From: Macrostomum lignano | Lineage: Eukaryota | DNA length: 64,000 nt | Direction of reading: 5' to 3' | Assembly: GCA_002269645.1 (NCBI GenBank) | Contig: NIVC01002210.1 | Span: forward strand, 128,086 to 192,085 | Part shown: piece by piece, positions 22,101-32,990 of the stretch | Numbering within the stretch: the first letter of the stretch is position 1 | How the letters are laid out: every line of letters starts with the position of its first letter | The notes under the pieces: model-generated | Told to the model about the DNA's origin: nothing | The model's input: only the letters and a program-made list of their open reading frames with translations | Databases searched by the model: none | Position numbers and translations under genes: made by a program

Positions 22101-25100
22101 TCGGGAGCGTACACTGATGGCCGGTGGCCGTCAGCGTTCCGGCTGGATGGACGAGAGGGCGTGCGTGAGGCAGGACAATATTCTCAACAGATTAAGGAGG
22201 ATTAGTATAGAAGAATTGCTCGCTCTAGAGCGTTATGGACAAACATACAAACCTTAGAGATTTAGTATATTTAGACTAGCAATCTTCGCCCCCCGATGGG
22301 GGGCACCTAGATAGAATCTCTGGCTCTCTACAAGTATCAAAAAGACGGCCAAATAAAGCCTTCACATAGACAATAGAAAAACTGCTCAAATGAAGTGCAA
22401 TGCAAAAAGAAAACATCCCAGGACAGCAAGCAACCCCCCAGATAGCAAGCACCCCCAGATAGCAAGCATCTCCAGATAGCAAGCACCTTCAGATAGCAGG
22501 CACTCCAGATAGCAAGCATCCACCTAATAGCAAGCACCCCAAGATAGCAAGCATCCACCTAATAGCAAGCACCCTTAGATAGCAAGCACCCCCAGATAGC
22601 AAGCACACCCAGATAGCAAGCACCCCCAGATAGCACGCATCTCCAGATAGCAAGCACTCCAAGATAGCAGGCACCCCAGATAGCAAGCATCCACCTAATA
22701 GCAAGCACCCCCAGATAGCTAGAACCCCCAAGATAGCAAGCACCCCCAGATAGCACGCATCTCCAGATAGCAAGCACTCCAAGATAGCAGGCACCCCAGA
22801 TAGCAAGCATCCACCTAATAGCAAGCACCCCAAGATAGCAAGCATCCACCTAATAGCAAGCACCCTTAGATAGCAAGCACCCCCAGATAGCAAGCACCCC
22901 CAGATAGCAAGCACCCCCAGATAGCACGCATCTCCAGATAGCAAGCACCCCCAGATAGCAAGCACCCCCAGATAGCAAGCACCCCCAGATAGCAAGCACC
23001 CCCAGATAGCACGCATCTCCAGATAGCAAGCACTCCAAGATAGCAGGCACCCCAGATAGCAAGCATCCACCTAATAGCAAGCACCCTTAGATAGCAAGCA
23101 CCCCCAGATAGCAAGCACCCCCAGATAGCAAGCACCCCCAGATAGCAAGCACCCCCAAGATAGCAAGCACCCCCAGATAGCACGCATCTCCAGATAGCAA
23201 GCACTCCAAGATAGCAGGCACCCCAGATAGCAAGCATCCACCTAATAGCAAGCACCCCCAGATAGCAAGCACCCCCAGATAGCAAGCAGCCCCAGATAGC
23301 AAGCACCCCCAGATAGCAAGCACCCCCAGATAGCACGCATCTCCAGATAGCAAGCACTCCAAGATAGTAGGCACCCCATTTATGTTTGAAATGGTGCCAC
23401 TTTTGTTTGACAATGTGCTTCTTTTATGTTTAGCATTTTGTTTTTAAGATGTTTTAATAAAAAAATTATTTTGCACTACAAGATTCGAACCCAGGTCGCT
23501 GAATTAGCAGTCCAGTCTGTTCGCATCCAGGCTATCTCTTGTCGAGTGGCCCTTATAATTCAATACTTATAGCAAATCGGTTAGAGTAAAAAGTTATGAC
23601 ATAATCAATTTCTCAGTCAGCCAGTATCAGTCTCAATTTAAGTTAGCAATATGGTTACGCAATTTAAATCAAGTCGTGTGTGCATTTCTTTGGCACTGTT
23701 TTCAACTTGCTGTGATGCAATCTTTATCAGAATTGAAATTCAGTCAGTCAGTGTTTTCTCTAGCATTCTTACAATGCATTTCAGGTCGAAAGAGCTGCTT
23801 GACCTTTGCAGAAAATCATGTTTTTCGAATATTTAATCCCTTTAATATTGATCAATTTCTTAGCCAAGATGCATGCACCATCCCAGGAAAATTTCTGATC
23901 GAATGGTGCAAGTTTGAAGAGAATCGGTTGAGCCATTCTCGAAAAAATCAATTACACGCACGCACGCACGAATACAGCGCAAAATTAGTATATAGAAAAG
24001 AAAAGAAAAGATAGTAGATTAAATTAAATTAAATATAGGAAGTAAAAGAGATAAATATTGATTGGGAATTTGAGCAAATAGAGGATATATGGATTGCGGA
24101 TTTGAGCAAATAGGGGATAAATATGGATTGGGAATTTGAGCAAATAGAGGATATATGGATTGGGAATTTGAGCAAATAGAGGATATATGGATTGCGGATT
24201 TGAGCAAATAGGGGATAAATATGGATTGGGAATTTAAGCAAATAGAGGATATATGGATTGGGAATTTGAGCAAATAGGGGATAAATATGGATTGGGAATT
24301 TGAGCAAATAGGGGATAAATATGGATTGGGAATTTGAGCAAATAGAGGATATATGGATTGCGGATTTGAGCAAATAGGGGATAAATATGGATTGCGGATT
24401 TGAGCAAATAGGGGATAAATATGGATTGAGGATCTGAGCAAATAGGGGATAAATATGGATTGGGAATTTGAGCAAATAGGGGACAAATATGGATTGGGAA
24501 TTTGAGCAAATAGGGGACAAATATGGATTGGGAATTTGAGCAAATAGAGGATAAATATGGATTGCGGATTTGAGCAAATAGGGGATAAATATGGATTGAG
24601 GATCTGAGCAAATAGGGGATAAATATGAATTGGGGATCTGAGCAAATAGGGGATAAATATGGATTGGGAATTTGAGCAAATAGGGGATAAATATGGATTG
24701 GGGATCTGAGCAAATAGGGGATAAATATGGATTGGGGATCTGAGCAAATAGGGGATAAATATGGATTGGGGATCTGAGCAAATAGGGGATAAATATGGAT
24801 TGGGGATCTGAGCAAATAGGGGATAAATATGGATTGGGGATCTGAGCAAATAGGGGATAAATATGGATTGGGGATCTGAGCAAATAGGGGATAAATATGG
24901 ATTGGGGATCTGAGCAAATAGGGGATAAATATGGATTGGGGATCTGAGCAAATAGGGGATAAATATGGATTGGGGATCTGAGCAAATAGGGAATAAATAT
25001 GGATTGGGGATCTGAGCAAATAGGGGATAAATATGGATTGAGAATTTGAGCAAATAGGGGATAAATATGGATTGGGGATCTGAGCAAAAATGGATTTTGT

Positions 25101-26521
25101 GTCAGAGCAAATAAGGAATAAATTGGAATAAATATCGATTGGTATCAGGATGTTATAGACAATAAAACATGCATAGCAATTTATACTGCCAATAAAGCCT
25201 TACATAGTCGGATCGGCTTTAGCCTCCAGCAGCAGCTGCACCATAGCAACTGAGTCAATCAGGGCGGCATAGTGCAACGGAGTGCATCCAACAAAAGTAG
25301 CGCCGTGATTGAGCCGCTCGCTGAACTCTGCGCTCCGCAGGCTGCTCACTTCGGCCGAGTTAGCGCCCAGCCGGGCGGCCACCGAGAAGGCGCCCGAGAA
25401 TGTGTCCGACGCGTTCGGATCCGCACCCATGCTTAGCAACAGCCTGGCAACCAGTGACGGGACAGATGGTTTGGAGATTAATCGGACAGGTGGATTAGAT
25501 TCGGAAAGATGGATAAGAGATTCGGACAGATGGATTAGCTTTAGATAGATGAATGAATTAGAGATTTGGACAGGTGGATTAGAGATTCGGACAGGTGGAT
25601 TAGAGATTTGGACAGGTGGATTAGAGATTCGGACAGGTGGATTAGAGATTCGGACAGGTGGATTAGAGATTCGGACAGGTGGATTAGAGATTTGGACAGG
25701 TGGATTAGAGATTTGGACAGGTGGATTAGAGATTTGGACAGGTGGATTAGAGATTCGGACAGGTGGATTAGAGATTCGGACAGGTGGGATTAGAGATTCG
25801 GACAGGTGGATTAGAGATTTGGACAGGTGGATTAGAGATTCGGACAGGTGGATTAGAGATTCGGACAGGTGGATTAGAGATTCGGACAGGTGGGATTAGA
25901 GATTTGGACAGGTGGATTAGAGATTCGGACAGGTGGATTAGAGATTCGGACAGGTGGATTAGAGATTCGGACAGGTGGATTAGAGATTCGGACAGGTGGA
26001 TTAGAGATTCGGACAGGGGAATAAAGGATTCGGACATCAAATAATTACCTGGCAACTTCCTCGTGCCCGTTGACAACAGCCGCAGCCAGGGCAGTCCAGC
26101 CCAGCCTGTGCCTCGCATTGGCCAATCGCCTCTCAGGATCCCCATCGCTATCCCGCGAGCCCAGCTGGTTTCGGCGCACCATCCGATGCCGCAGAATCAA
26201 CTGCTGCACTTTGTTGGCGTCGCCAAGCCGACAGAATCTGAGCAGCTCGTCCTCATCGGCTTGCGAATTTTTGTCGCCATCATCGGCTCTGGCCACGGCG
26301 CTTCCGGCTGCTCCCCCGAGCAGGACGGCCATCGCGACCACCGGCCGGCGAGGCTGCTGACGATGCTCATAACGGTGTCGACGATGATCCCGGCTGGACT
26401 GACTAGCGTCGGTTTGAGTCGTCGGTTGAGCAGTCAGCAGCCGGCTGAGACGTCGGCACCAGGTGGCCGACACCAGTAGCTGAGACTGGGTAGCAGCAGA
26501 TCTTGCCGTGCCAATAATCAT
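19182..26521 (-). CDS. CLPB: Mitochondrial caseinolytic peptidase B homolog (CLPB/Skd3): ankyrin repeats + AAA+ ATPase
   Basis: Exons 26521-26049, 25443-25204, 22142-21863, 21070-20849, 20253-19975, 19676-19182 join in phase with GT-AG. Arg-rich presequence-like N-terminus; ankyrin motifs ([23 protein letters not shown]); Walker [18 protein letters not shown]; [25 protein letters not shown]; Walker [10 protein letters not shown]; FIMTSN; [16 protein letters not shown]; [10 protein letters not shown]. An alternative ATG lies at 26539. Confidence 0.95.
19700..19880. repeat. ~37-bp minisatellite in CLPB intron 5
   Basis: CAGGTGATCTAACCGGTGTTTTTGACAGGGCTAATAA repeated about 5 times. Confidence 0.8.
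20520..20760. repeat. Polypyrimidine (CT-rich) tract in CLPB intron 4
   Basis: Direct inspection. Confidence 0.85.
21270..21862 (-). repeat. 22-bp minisatellite (GTAGGTTTTGGGGAGTTGTCAG)n on the CLPB sense strand, starting at the true donor
   Basis: The + strand reads (CCCCAAAACCTACCTGACAACT)n, about 26 copies. Confidence 0.92.
22276..23996 (-). mobile_element. Non-autonomous Helitron-like element C in CLPB intron 2
   Basis: Minus-strand 5' end TCTATATACTAATTTTGCGCTGTATTCGTGCGTGCGTG (preceded by T, not the canonical A); 3' end CCCCCCATCGGGGGG-CGAAGATTG-CTAG|T, nearly identical to element B; carries the same 17-bp minisatellite. Confidence 0.65.
22425..23378. repeat. 17-bp minisatellite (CCCCCAGATAGCAAGCA)n
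   Basis: About 55 copies with recurring variants. Confidence 0.92.
24040..25090. repeat. 34-bp minisatellite (GAGCAAATAGGGGATAAATATGGATTGGGGATCT)n in CLPB intron 2
   Basis: About 30 copies; gives the spurious 344/352-aa ORFs. Confidence 0.95.
25480..26035. repeat. 21-bp minisatellite (GGATTAGAGATTCGGACAGGT)n in CLPB intron 1
   Basis: About 24 copies. Confidence 0.95.
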
Positions 26522-26555
26522 GCAGTTTATTAAGTGCATCTCTATTGAGCATTAG

Positions 26556-27150
26556 GGAGTGTGTACATTGGCAGTAGGGTTCAGGGTCAGGGAGTGTACA
26601 TTGGCAGTGGGGGTTCAGGGTCAGGGAGTGTACATTAGCAGTGGGGGCTCAGGGGTCAGGGAGTGTACATTGGCAGTGGGGTTCAGGGTCAGGGAGTGTG
26701 TACATTGGCAGTGGGGTTCAGGGTCAGGGAGTGTACATTGGCAGTGGGGGCTCAGGGGTCAGGGAGTGTACATTGGCAGTGGGGTTCAGGGTCAGGGAGT
26801 GTGTACATTGGCAGTGGGGGTTCAGGGTCAGGGAGTGTACATTGGCAGTGGGGGTTCAGGGTCAGGGAGTGTACATTGGCAGTGGGGTTCAGGGTCAGGG
26901 AGTGTGTACATTGGCAGTGGGGGTTCAGGGTCAGGGAGTGTACATTGGCAGTGGGGTTCAGGGTCAGGGAGTGTACATTGGCAGTGGGGGCTCAGGGTCA
27001 GGGAGTGTGTACATTGGCAGTGGGGTTCAGGGGTCAGGGAGTGTACATTGGCAGTGGGGGTTCAGGGTCAGGGAGTGTGTACATTGGCAGTGGGGTTCAG
27101 GGTCAGGGAGCGTACATTGGCAGTGGGGTTCAGGGGTCAGGGAGTGTACA
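26556..27150. repeat. ~33-35-bp minisatellite (GGGAGTGTACATTGGCAGTGGGGTTCAGGGTCA)n between NUFIP1 and CLPB
   Basis: About 17 copies directly upstream of the CLPB start. Confidence 0.92.
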
Positions 27151-27459
27151 TGTCAGTGGGAGCCTGTCGAGGTTAAACTGTGAGCCAAGTGATGGAATGA
27201 CAGCAAAAATTAGTTAACAATAAGGACACAATTTAGTCATAAATGCAACCATTCACTAAGATTGAAAATAATGGAACAGTTGTATTTGTCAAACAAGTAA
27301 GCGAGGACAGACTTAGGCACAAATTTTCACGAAGTTGACGATTGATAGATAATACGGCACTAATGCAGAAATGGAGAGGGAAATGCATTGTGACAATAAT
27401 AACAAGATTTTATTATCAAGTGACAGTCGGACTTCTTTTTGACTTGCTAATTTTTTAAA

Positions 27460-30400
27460 TTAACTAGACGCTTCATCACATCCAGCTTCATCTCCATCTT
27501 CATCGGTAGCCATATCAGCTTCCTCATCTGCAGCCTCCCATTCGACATCATCGCAATCGAATTCTGGGGCTGCATCATCCACTTTGGCGTCATCAGTTTC
27601 AGCTGCCGCCCCAGCATCAGTGCGGTGGGCTGGGGCAGCTGACTTGTCAATAGTTGGCGCATCGCTATTCAAGAAATCCGTAGAGCAGACGTAGCGCACG
27701 CATTGGAACAGCAGATTGCGTTCGTGGCGAATGTGCCGAGACAGCAGCATCTCTAGTAGGGCTGGCCGCCTCAGGCGCATTGCTGGCTCCTGCGTGTTAT
27801 AAAATGCTTCTCCTTTTAGAAGTGGACGGGGGATAGAAAGAAATAGATCCTCATCTATGGGAATAGAGGGGATATGGGAGAATAGATAGGGATAAAGGAA
27901 AAAATGTGGATAGAGGCGATAGATGGGGACAGAGGGGGAAAGAGGGGAATAGAGGAAAAAATAGGGGGGATAAGAGGGAATAGAGGGATAAAGAATAGAG
28001 GAAAGAGAGGTTTTAGACGGAGATAGAGAGGGGTAGAGAGGAATAAAGGAGGGTACATAGGGATAGGGGGGATAGAGAGGGTTAGGAAGGATTAAAGGAA
28101 GATAGAGGGGTAGAGTGGGATAAAAAGGGGTAGAGGGGGATAGAGGGGGGTAAAAGAGGGATAGAGGGGGATATAGAAGGGGTAGCGGGGTAGAGGGGGG
28201 TAGAGGAGGGGTAGAGGGGGATAGAGGGGGTAAAAGAGGGATAAAGGGGGGTAGAGAAGGGGTAGAGGGGGATAGAGGGGAATAGAGGAGGGGTAGAGGA
28301 GGGTAGAGGGGGATAGAGGGGGTAAAAGAGGGATAGAGGGGGATAGAGAAGGGGTAGAGGGGGGTAGAGGGGAATAGAGGAGGGGTAGAGGAGGGGTAGA
28401 GGAGGGTCGAGGGGGATAGAGGGGTAAAAGAGGGATAGAGGGGGATAAAGGAGGGGTAGAGAGGGGTAGAGGAGGGGTAGAGGGGGATAGAGGAGGGGTA
28501 GAGGGGGATAGAGGAGGGGTAGAGGGGGATAGAGGAGGGGTAGAGGGGGATAGAGGAGGGGTAGAGGGGGTAAGGGAGGATAGAGGGGAAAAGTGGGAGT
28601 GAGTCGCAAAAATCCCGGCAAACAGATGAAATAGTCACAGGCGCAGGAGGGGCACTGTACACGAGACGCAGACGCACCTGCATCAGCCGCTCCCGACGAC
28701 GATGAAGCATCAGCGCGGCATCAACGTGCCGTCGCGACTGACCGCAGCTCAATGATTCGACGGGGCCGCCCTCTGGCCGCTGTTTGTCCTTCTCTTTCTC
28801 AATCGAGTCATCCAGATCGGCCTCAGTGGAGTCGGCAGACATGGAAGCTGATGAAGCATAGTTGGCAGCCAGACTGCTCAGCACAGTTGGCGGAGCGTCG
28901 GCTTCGGGATCTTCGACATCGCCGATGAGCATCTCAGTCTTGCCATCGGGATTGTCGACGCCAGCATTCCGGGTGCCAGCGTCGTCATCGTCAGATTCGG
29001 ACTCGACCAGACAGGCCGACAGAGGGTCGCGATGTCGGGCATCGGCTTCGCCGTCGGCGGCGCCAAACTCGGCTGCATTGGCCGAGCTGAGGATCTGGGA
29101 AGATGGTGGCTGAGTATGAGGATCTGGGAAGATGGTAGCTGAGTATGAGGATCTGGAAGATGGTGGCTCAGTATGAGGATCTGGGAAGATGGTAGCTGAG
29201 TATGAGGATCTGGAAGATGGTGGCTCAGTATGAGGATCTGGGAAGATGGTAGCTAGAGTGCCGGTACCTGCTGATGCGAACCTCTGCCGCCTCGATGCTG
29301 ACCCCAGCCACGACCGCCGCCGGCCCCGCGTCCTCGCCAGCCGCCGCCGCCTCTGCCGCCCATCCGGCCAAACTGCCGCTGCTGCACAACTTCGCCGCGC
29401 GCCTCTCGCGCCGCCGCCTCGCGTCGTTTCGCTTCGGCCCGTTCGGCTGTTGGGAAATTTTTGCGCCTCTCCCGACGCCAAGTGTCGCAATCGGCCTGCA
29501 AAATCTGATTGGCCAAGCCGGTGCGGTGCTGGTGCACAAAGTGCAGCTCAATCAGCTCCTGGCTGGCTGTGAACGGGCAGTCGGCCACCCAGCACTTGGC
29601 GTGCTCCGATTTGTGCCGCTCCAGCTCCGACTCGCTGCGGAAGTCGCGGTTGCAGCAGTGCCAGGGCGACACCTCTGCGGCGCCTCCTCGATCTCCGCCC
29701 ACGCCTCTGCCTCTGCCGCTGCCTCGGCCGCGACCGCGAGAGAAGGCGAAGCCACGGCCTCTGTCGTTGAAGCGGTGCTGCTGATGATGCTGATGCTGCT
29801 GCTGTTGGTGATGCTGCACGTGACTGGTTCCTATATAATTATTATAATACAATATTGTCTTTACGAAATCTGCTTTAAGACAATGCTATTTAATTGATTG
29901 GGAAATCAAAAGCAGTAGTAGCCCAGGAACTGAGGATCTCAGAGGCCGGACTATCAACTCGGGATCTTGGAGGCTGGCCCTGCAACTGAGGATATGGGAG
30001 GCTGGCCCAGCAACTGAGGATCTGGGAGGCTGGCCCAGCAGCTGAGGATCTGGGAGGCTGGCCCAGCAACTGGGGATCTGGGAGGCTGGCCCAGCAACTG
30101 GGGATCTGGGAGGCTGGCCCAGCAACTGGGGATCTGGGAGGCTGGCCCAGCAACTGACGATCTGGGAGGCTGGCCCAGCAACTGGGGATCTGGGAGGCTG
30201 GCCCAGCAACTGGGGATCTGGGAGGCTGGCCCAGCAGCTGGGGATCTGGGAGGCTGGCCCAGCAACTGGGGATCTGGGAGGCTGACCCAGCAACTGGGGA
30301 TCTGGGAGGCTGGCCCAGCAACTGACATTCTGGGAGGCTGGCCCAGCAACTGATACTCTCAGAGGCTAGCCCAGCAACTGACACTCTGGGAAGGTGGCAG

Positions 30401-30647
30401 ACAGCTCAAGGGTCTGGGTGAGCAAGTTGTAAGTTAAAACCCCTGAGTTACCTGCAGCAAAATGTGGTCGACCAAAGCCGCCGCCAAGGAATGTGGATGG
30501 AGCAAAGCTGTTCTGCATGCCAGAGAAGCCGCCAGCTGCACTGGGAGGGCGAAATGGAGGAGTCGGCAGCAGTGGTGGCCTGGATGCGCCACCCCAAAGG
30601 GTGGCGGCTGAAGGCAGAGCTGATTGAGTATAATGAGATGATGGATG
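27460..30647 (-). CDS. NUFIP1: Nuclear FMR1-interacting protein 1 (NUFIP1/Rsa1; box C/D snoRNP assembly factor)
   Basis: Exons 30647-30452, 29830-29268, 29094-28678, 27789-27460 join in phase. C2H2-like CCNRDFRSESELERHKSEHAKCWVADCPFTA...H, then WRRERRKNFPT, and C-terminal RPALLEMLLSRHIRHERNLLFQCVRYV match NUFIP1 as I recall it. Start codon unresolved (see findings). Confidence 0.88.
27850..28590. repeat. Polypurine (GAGGGGATAG-like) tract in NUFIP1 last intron
   Basis: Direct inspection. Confidence 0.9.
29089..29252. repeat. 28/29-bp repeat duplicating the NUFIP1 acceptor junction
   Basis: The sense strand has repeated CATCTT(C)CCAG|ATCCTCA. Confidence 0.85.
29930..30390. repeat. 28-bp minisatellite (GGCCCAGCAACTGGGGATCTGGGAGGCT)n in NUFIP1 intron
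   Basis: About 15 copies. Confidence 0.92.
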
Positions 30648-31318
30648 CTGAAATGAATAAAATTTTCAACTTTAAAAACACCTTTGCTAATTGCTCAAAT
30701 TCAACTTGAAGTTAAACCTGAAAAAAAACAAAATGACTAACAGACTAAAACATGAAAAGTACATTTGGGAAAATGAAAGTGGGAAAATGAAAATATTGTT
30801 GGAATTAAATTTAAGTTACATTTATATGAATTAAAGGAAGGAATTAAGTTAAATTTCAACAAAGGAATAGAGATTAGTGCCAAGTAAATTTCAGTTTATT
30901 TCAATTGGCCTAGCTAACTAGTCTTGTTAATACATATAAAGATTCTATTTACTTTGATATATTTATTTGGATAATTTTTTCAAATGTATATTTAACTTAA
31001 ATTTGCTTTGTTGCAAACTATGATGGTTGCTAAAGCTAGTAAATCAATGCAAAGCATTAACTATTATACAAAATGAAATATATTAATAACTGCATCAATT
31101 TATATAGCTCCATGCCATAAGCAAATTCATTTTCTACATAGCTAAAGTCAGTAAATGTTGTTTCATCAATATCAATAACATATTCCTAAGGAAAACTTTA
31201 AAAAAAGATCATTAATTTTCATTTTCATAAGTCATACTCATATAACTTTTTTAATTATAGGTAATAACGAATATTAATAAATGCTAAGAGACAATTTCTC
31301 TAGTATGATCATGGGCTA

Positions 31319-31585
31319 CATACATGCACAACAGTCAGCCGAGTTGGCCGACCAATTTGGCGGCCAACCAAGGTTAAGTTGCAAAAATGCCCACCCCAAA
31401 GAATACAGGCATTTAGCCTTTATAAGACAGTCATAGTTACTCTTGCCGTTTACCCAAAATTGTGTTAATTTCGCTTTAGGGTTTCTTTCATAGGTAAGTT
31501 GCATTTTTGGCCAAAAAACTACGTCACATTTTTTGTTAAAACTAAGTCACATGGCTGACCAAATTTTGGAGGTTGTGCATGTATG
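31319..31585. mobile_element. MITE-like element with 14-bp TIRs
   Basis: CATACATGCACAAC (31319-31332) and GTTGTGCATGTATG (31572-31585); no ORF. Confidence 0.45.
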
Positions 31586-32195
31586 ATCGGGCTAGTTAAT
31601 TCTTGAAGTTAAATGGCTTATATAAAGCATAAAACTTAATACTTATAAACCTAAAAACTAATGCCAGTGATCTTTATAAAATAAAACTTAATAAGCTTTA
31701 AAAGCAATAAGCAGACTTAGGGCCAGGCTCTAGCAATCTCTCAGAAAGATAATGTTTCCTATTAATAAAAGAACTAAAAATTTTAGTTAGGCTTAACTAA
31801 AATGAATTGGGATAATATAGAATATTGCCTTTTTAAAACAAGTATAAATCAATATTTATATTAATTCAATATATTTTAATGATCTAGTCAATATTTAAAT
31901 ATGTGGAATTATATAAGAATAGAGATTTTTCAATTGTGCTTTGTTGAATAATATAAATGTAGTAATTACTCATAAAAATTTCAATTTTAAAAATCTTATT
32001 CAATGACTTATTGTCATTAAAGAAAGATATATTTCAATTTTTAAATCAATTAGTAAGTAATTGTTAATACTATTTGTAAAAATCTGGGCTTCCTACCACC
32101 TATGTTTTTGTGCTATAAGTATTGATTATTATTATTATGTCTTTACTTTATTCTAGGCCTAGTTCTAGGCATAATAAACATTGTCATAATATAAT

Positions 32196-32990
32196 GGCTC
32201 ATTCTAGATAAGATGGACATATTTGGAAAATAGAAAAAAGTCAATATTTTTGCTTACCATTGCCTTATCAGCCAATTTTTTTGTGCCAAATGTTTTTAAT
32301 GTATAATATATATAATCTAAGAATAAATGAATAGTAAAATGTTGGATTAGTATGTTATAAATTGGCAAAAAGTCATTTTTGTAAAAATTTGGACATTTTT
32401 CTAACTAAGCAAAAAACACCATTAACTTTGTGTACCTTTGTAAAAAATAGAAAGCTTTAAAAGGTTGAAACAAACTAGAAACTATAGCAGCCTAAAATTA
32501 TACTACTTGCATAATCAGATAAAAACACTAGGAACCATATAATTATACATTGGTACCTAAACATTTTTTGAATTGACAGAAAAAATATGTTACAACCATA
32601 ATGTTACGACCATAAGGCTACTTTTTATTTTGTATCTTTGTTACCTTTATGAGTTTACATATTCTAATAAAAGAGTATGCTTTCTGAAGATGTTCTTAGT
32701 CAAATATTTAAAAATGTATTGCAAAGTATTAAAAATGAAAAATGTTATAAGACTTTTACCTTTTAGTTTCTATATGTCAAAAATCCTGTTGTTACAACCA
32801 TAAGTGCCATTCAAGGTATAATAGCATCTATACTAGTGATGATATCTATATGAAACTATATAAAAAGATTCTTGTCAAAATCAACTTTTACTGGAAATAT
32901 TGGTTTAGTATTTGCTATTATTATATTTCAGTTGAGTTAATAAGTAAAAATAGCCTGTCATGTTACGACCATAAATATATGGAATGGGCC
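32196..32990 (+). mobile_element. ~800-bp non-autonomous TIR DNA transposon, copy 1
   Basis: Ends GGCTCATTC.A.ATA / TATATGGAATGGGCC are inverted repeats; body collinear with 60901-61688 and, reverse-complemented, with 61938-62730. Confidence 0.8.

Noticed and set aside
22276-25087. Many Cys/Leu- or Pro/Ile-rich ORFs, including the 344- and 352-aa ones
   Set aside because: Products of 17-bp and 34-bp tandem arrays inside CLPB intron 2.
27460-29490. 676-aa ORF as a single CDS
   Set aside because: Read-through of two NUFIP1 exons plus a stop-free polypyrimidine (sense) intron; GT-AG sites at 28677 and 27790 give the conserved protein.
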